A stretch of DNA of 55,536 nt, the filler included, from Bipalium vagum (lineage: Eukaryota), in assembly GCA_037834085.1 (NCBI GenBank). It is 3 parts of 3 records of this genome, joined end to end, with 100 filler letters (N's around TTAATTAATTAA, not from the genome) between each part and the next. Parts side by side here need not be neighbours in the genome. Positions count along the whole stretch, not along the records: positions 38,282 to 55,536 come from JBBMKC010067592.1; 2 more parts are not named here. One strand, 5' to 3'. Every line of letters starts with the position of its first letter. Position 1 is the first letter of the stretch. A model generated the notes under the pieces. The model saw only the letters and a program-made list of their open reading frames with translations, ran no database searches and was not told where the DNA came from. Positions 52,530 to 55,536 of the stretch are shown here, piece by piece. Both the position numbers and the translations under genes were made by a program.

Positions 52530-53400
52530 TAGTTACAGTAGTTAAGCTGAAAATGACTATTACTTGGAGATTGAATTAGTCATTTAAAACAAAACCAAAA
52601 TGCTGCAGCTATAACGAATGAAATCCCATTTTAATTGATATTATTTTAATTTTCAAGGAGAAATATTAAAAATATTTTTGGATAATCAATAGTACAACTG
52701 TATACAATGCTGTAAGATGTCAGATTTTTGCTTGAAGTCAAAAATAATAGTCTATGCACCGCATTTTGACTAGGGACGAATATGGTATACACTTCTATAG
52801 TACTAAGAGAAGAAAATCGATATATGATCCTTGCAAACCGCCCAAATCGACACCAAACCGGAATATTCACTGCAAGACAGTATTGGTCTGTGAAACCAGA
52901 ATAGTTTAGTGTACCACGATTTGCTAAGAGAGAACCAAACTTTACGAACGAAAATTGATAAATTTAAACAAGGAATTGAAAAATAAGTTTCTAGAATATG
53001 TTAGGAAACATGACAAATCCAGCACTAAACACTCGACCAAATGTTGCAAAAATAAGGGAGGCTTCTTTGGAAGATGTTTTCCCTCACTTGCCTTATTCGT
53101 CGGACATTGGTCCGCGTGACTATCATTTATTTAAATCGATGACACACGTACTTTTGGAGGAGCACTTCAACGGTTTTGAAGAAATTGAAAAATAGATCAA
53201 TGGAATGTGTCATTTTGGAAGACGAGTCATTTTCTCGTCGAGGATTCCAACAGCTACCAGTCAGATTGGAAGAAATATTATCAAATGGAAAATACTTTGA
53301 TTCACATAAGGACAAATGATTTTAAAACGATTGTTAATATCTTAAATCAAATGATACACTCAGCGTACGCAGTTCATTTTAATAATTCTGGTTTTATCAC
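52530..53400 (+). mobile_element. Mos1-like mariner remnant
   Basis: VFPHLPYSSDIGPRDYHLFKSMTHVLLEEHFNGFEEIEK and RGFQQLPVRLEEILSNGKYFD. Confidence 0.85.
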
Positions 53401-54069
53401 TTTGATCTGATTAAGGTACATACTATTGTTGTGATCAAAAGTTATTATTTTCCAAGAGGAAACCCCAAAATAAAAGTTTAATAAACAGAACAAAATATCT
53501 TGTCATTTTCGGCTTTTCTAATGTTTTCTCTAAAATTCATACCTGAAGTGGAAATATTCGTGGTACACTTGTACTTTTCTCGATTGAGAATAAGACGGAG
53601 AGAGAAAGTGTGAGAGAGGACTATCTATGATAATGACACATGTGACCGGAATGCAGACTATGGACGGTAATGGACTTTAAATTGCAAATGCGATCGGTTG
53701 ATCGTACGCTCGTCCATTGTGATTTATTGCTACAAATGTCAAGTATGATATTTTGCAACCATGCGAGACTGACTTAGTTTCCACTTTATTTTTAGATCGT
53801 TTAGTCGTCAGTGTTTAAAATTCAATACTTCTTAATCAGTTTCTCTCGGATCATGTACTTCTTTTTTTTCTTCAACTACTGCTTTTTTTCAGAACGATAA
53901 ACCGAATGATAAGGAGGTCATTTGTGTGATTAGTGACTTCAAAAAGTACTTAAAATTAAAACAGAGGGTATTTTTACAAATTGATTCCAGTTCTGTTAGT
54001 GAATTTTTTAAAAATAATATTTGGTCAAACCAAATAATAATAATAATAGATTTACTCTTATTGTTAATA

Positions 54070-54528
54070 TTATGTCGTCTCCTAAGTCTTTACGGATTTT
54101 CATAGTATTATTTAGTATTGTTTATCAACATTAATTGAAATAATTTATAAGCGCGTTATTTAAAATAATATTATTTAAAGGTGGTTTTATATAAAATTAA
54201 TGTATTCTTACATTATTTATCAAGATTTATTATTCTTGGAATTTACTCAAGAAATGTTAAGGTCTGTCTGCTGCATTTCTTTAAGTGCGGATTAAATGCC
54301 AGACAGTCTTATAACTGTTATTTATGGTATTAATCAAATATATTAGTTTAAGTACATATGAAAAATGGTTTAGGAAGTTTCGGAACAAAGATTTTGACAT
54401 ACAAGACAAGCCAATATCTGGTCGACCTGTACATTATATTGTCGAATAAAATATTGTTGTGTTTTTATAAAATAAATTTTTTTCTATATATATCTTTTCC
54501 TTAAAGACAATATAATGTAACGACCTAA
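54070..54528 (+). mobile_element. Internally deleted mariner, TIRs similar to 21223-21719
   Basis: TA-TTATGTCGTC ... ACGACCTAA-TA; WFRKFRNKDFDIQDKPISGRP. Confidence 0.75.
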
Positions 54529-55415
54529 TATTGATGTATTTTAATAATTATGAAAAAATAAAAATATTTTTATTTAAATTTTGTTCATTTAAGACATTTA
54601 ATTATCTACGTAATAATGATTAAAAACTTTCTACGATTTAAATTTTTTATTCATAAAAATAATCTTAATAAAAAAATTAAAATAATAATTAAAAATTAAA
54701 AATAATAATTAAAACAAATATTTTTTGTAATTAATATATTTTTCAAAAGAGCGTTTTTTTAAATATATAATAGATCAAAAAATTTTATTTTATGCCTTTT
54801 ACTGAAGAATCTTTTGTTTTATATTTTAATAAATTGCGTATTTAACATTTTATTTGATTCAAAATCCTAAAACAGAATATTCTTAATTAAAGTTTAATTA
54901 TTTTAATGTGCACAAATTATTTTTTCAAAGCACTAATAATTTTGAAATAAGTTCCTAATTAAAATGTAATTTATTTATTTATGTATAATCATTTGGAATA
55001 TTATCTTAATTCTTTTCATTGTGAATTTTGTTTAAATTTATGTTGTTATGGTTAAAGTATTTTAGTTTTTATTTTAATGAAAAAATATCTATATAACCAT
55101 ATATATATTTTTTCTGCTTACTATATATATATATATATATATGAAAGTTCTGATGAGGAAATATTTTGACCACTCTAAAAATGTCAACTTTAATAAAATT
55201 ATATAATTATTTGTCGAAAAATGTTAAATATTGATTTTCTACACTTAAATTTATTTTTTATATTTAAATTTTTCATAAAATTATTTTTTTCAGGCGTGCA
55301 TAATTTTTGACCACCTTTCGGAAAAAGAACAGCACTTAACTATTTATTTGGCTACAATGGACTAATTAAAATTAATTTTTAAAATCGATAAGCAATAAAA
55401 ATCAAGTATTAAATA

Positions 55416-55536
55416 CAGTTTAGTCCGGTTATTACGAATCCGGATATTACAAAAAATCTGTTATTACGAAAAATAATTTTGGCAATGGCGCCTAGGTGAA
55501 AAATTACGTGGTTTTATACCGGTTATTCCGAAATCG
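55416..55536 (+). mobile_element. 5' end of a Tigger/pogo-like element or MITE
   Basis: TA+CAGTTTAGTCCGGTTATTACG with subterminal repeats CCGGATATTAC, CTGTTATTACG and CCGGTTATTCCG. Runs off the window. Confidence 0.6.

Noticed and set aside
55144-55191. Hammerhead-like AAAGTT-CTGATGA-...-CTC-TAAAAATGTC-AACTTT, resembling Penelope-type minimal ribozymes
   Set aside because: Stem I pairs, but the GAAAC core would need two substitutions and stem II is very weak. At best a dead relic, and possibly chance or part of a TIR.
1-55536. CRISPR arrays, tRNA/rRNA genes, prokaryotic operons
   Set aside because: None seen. The sequence is eukaryotic, with spliceosomal introns.

Overview
Very AT-rich (roughly three quarters A+T by eye) eukaryotic, most likely invertebrate animal, nuclear DNA from a draft assembly. 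A flatworm-like genome with ~50-nt minimal introns is compatible, but this is inference. Two N-gaps carry the artificial linker TTAATTAATTAA. Most of the window is a graveyard of decayed mobile elements: many IS630-Tc1-mariner remnants (Tc1, mariner, maT/DD37D-like, rosa/DD41D-like, pogo), a hAT/Buster derivative, a Merlin fragment, two Penelope GIY-YIG fragments, a Gypsy gag-protease remnant and a family of ~1 kb solo LTRs (TGTT...AACA, 4-bp TSD, one copy nested in another). Host genes: the first four exons of an HDHD5/CECR5-type HAD hydrolase (+, 43895-44520) and an intronless 235-aa orphan gene (-, 29219-29926) with a triple-CCAAT promoter and PKA substrate/pseudosubstrate motifs. The most interesting signal is not obvious from the ORF track: three diverged, decayed copies (~1.8-2.4 kb, 8.1-8.3 kb, 8.75-9.33 kb) of a protein family that aligns by eye with REX4/ISG20-type DEDDh exonucleases but lacks the catalytic Glu of motif I in every copy, i.e. 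a candidate amplified or mobile pseudo-exonuclease family. Also notable are covarying hairpins just upstream of the LTR TATA box and an isolated pre-miRNA-like hairpin. Most short ORFs in the supplied track are spurious. All homology calls were made by eye, without database searches.
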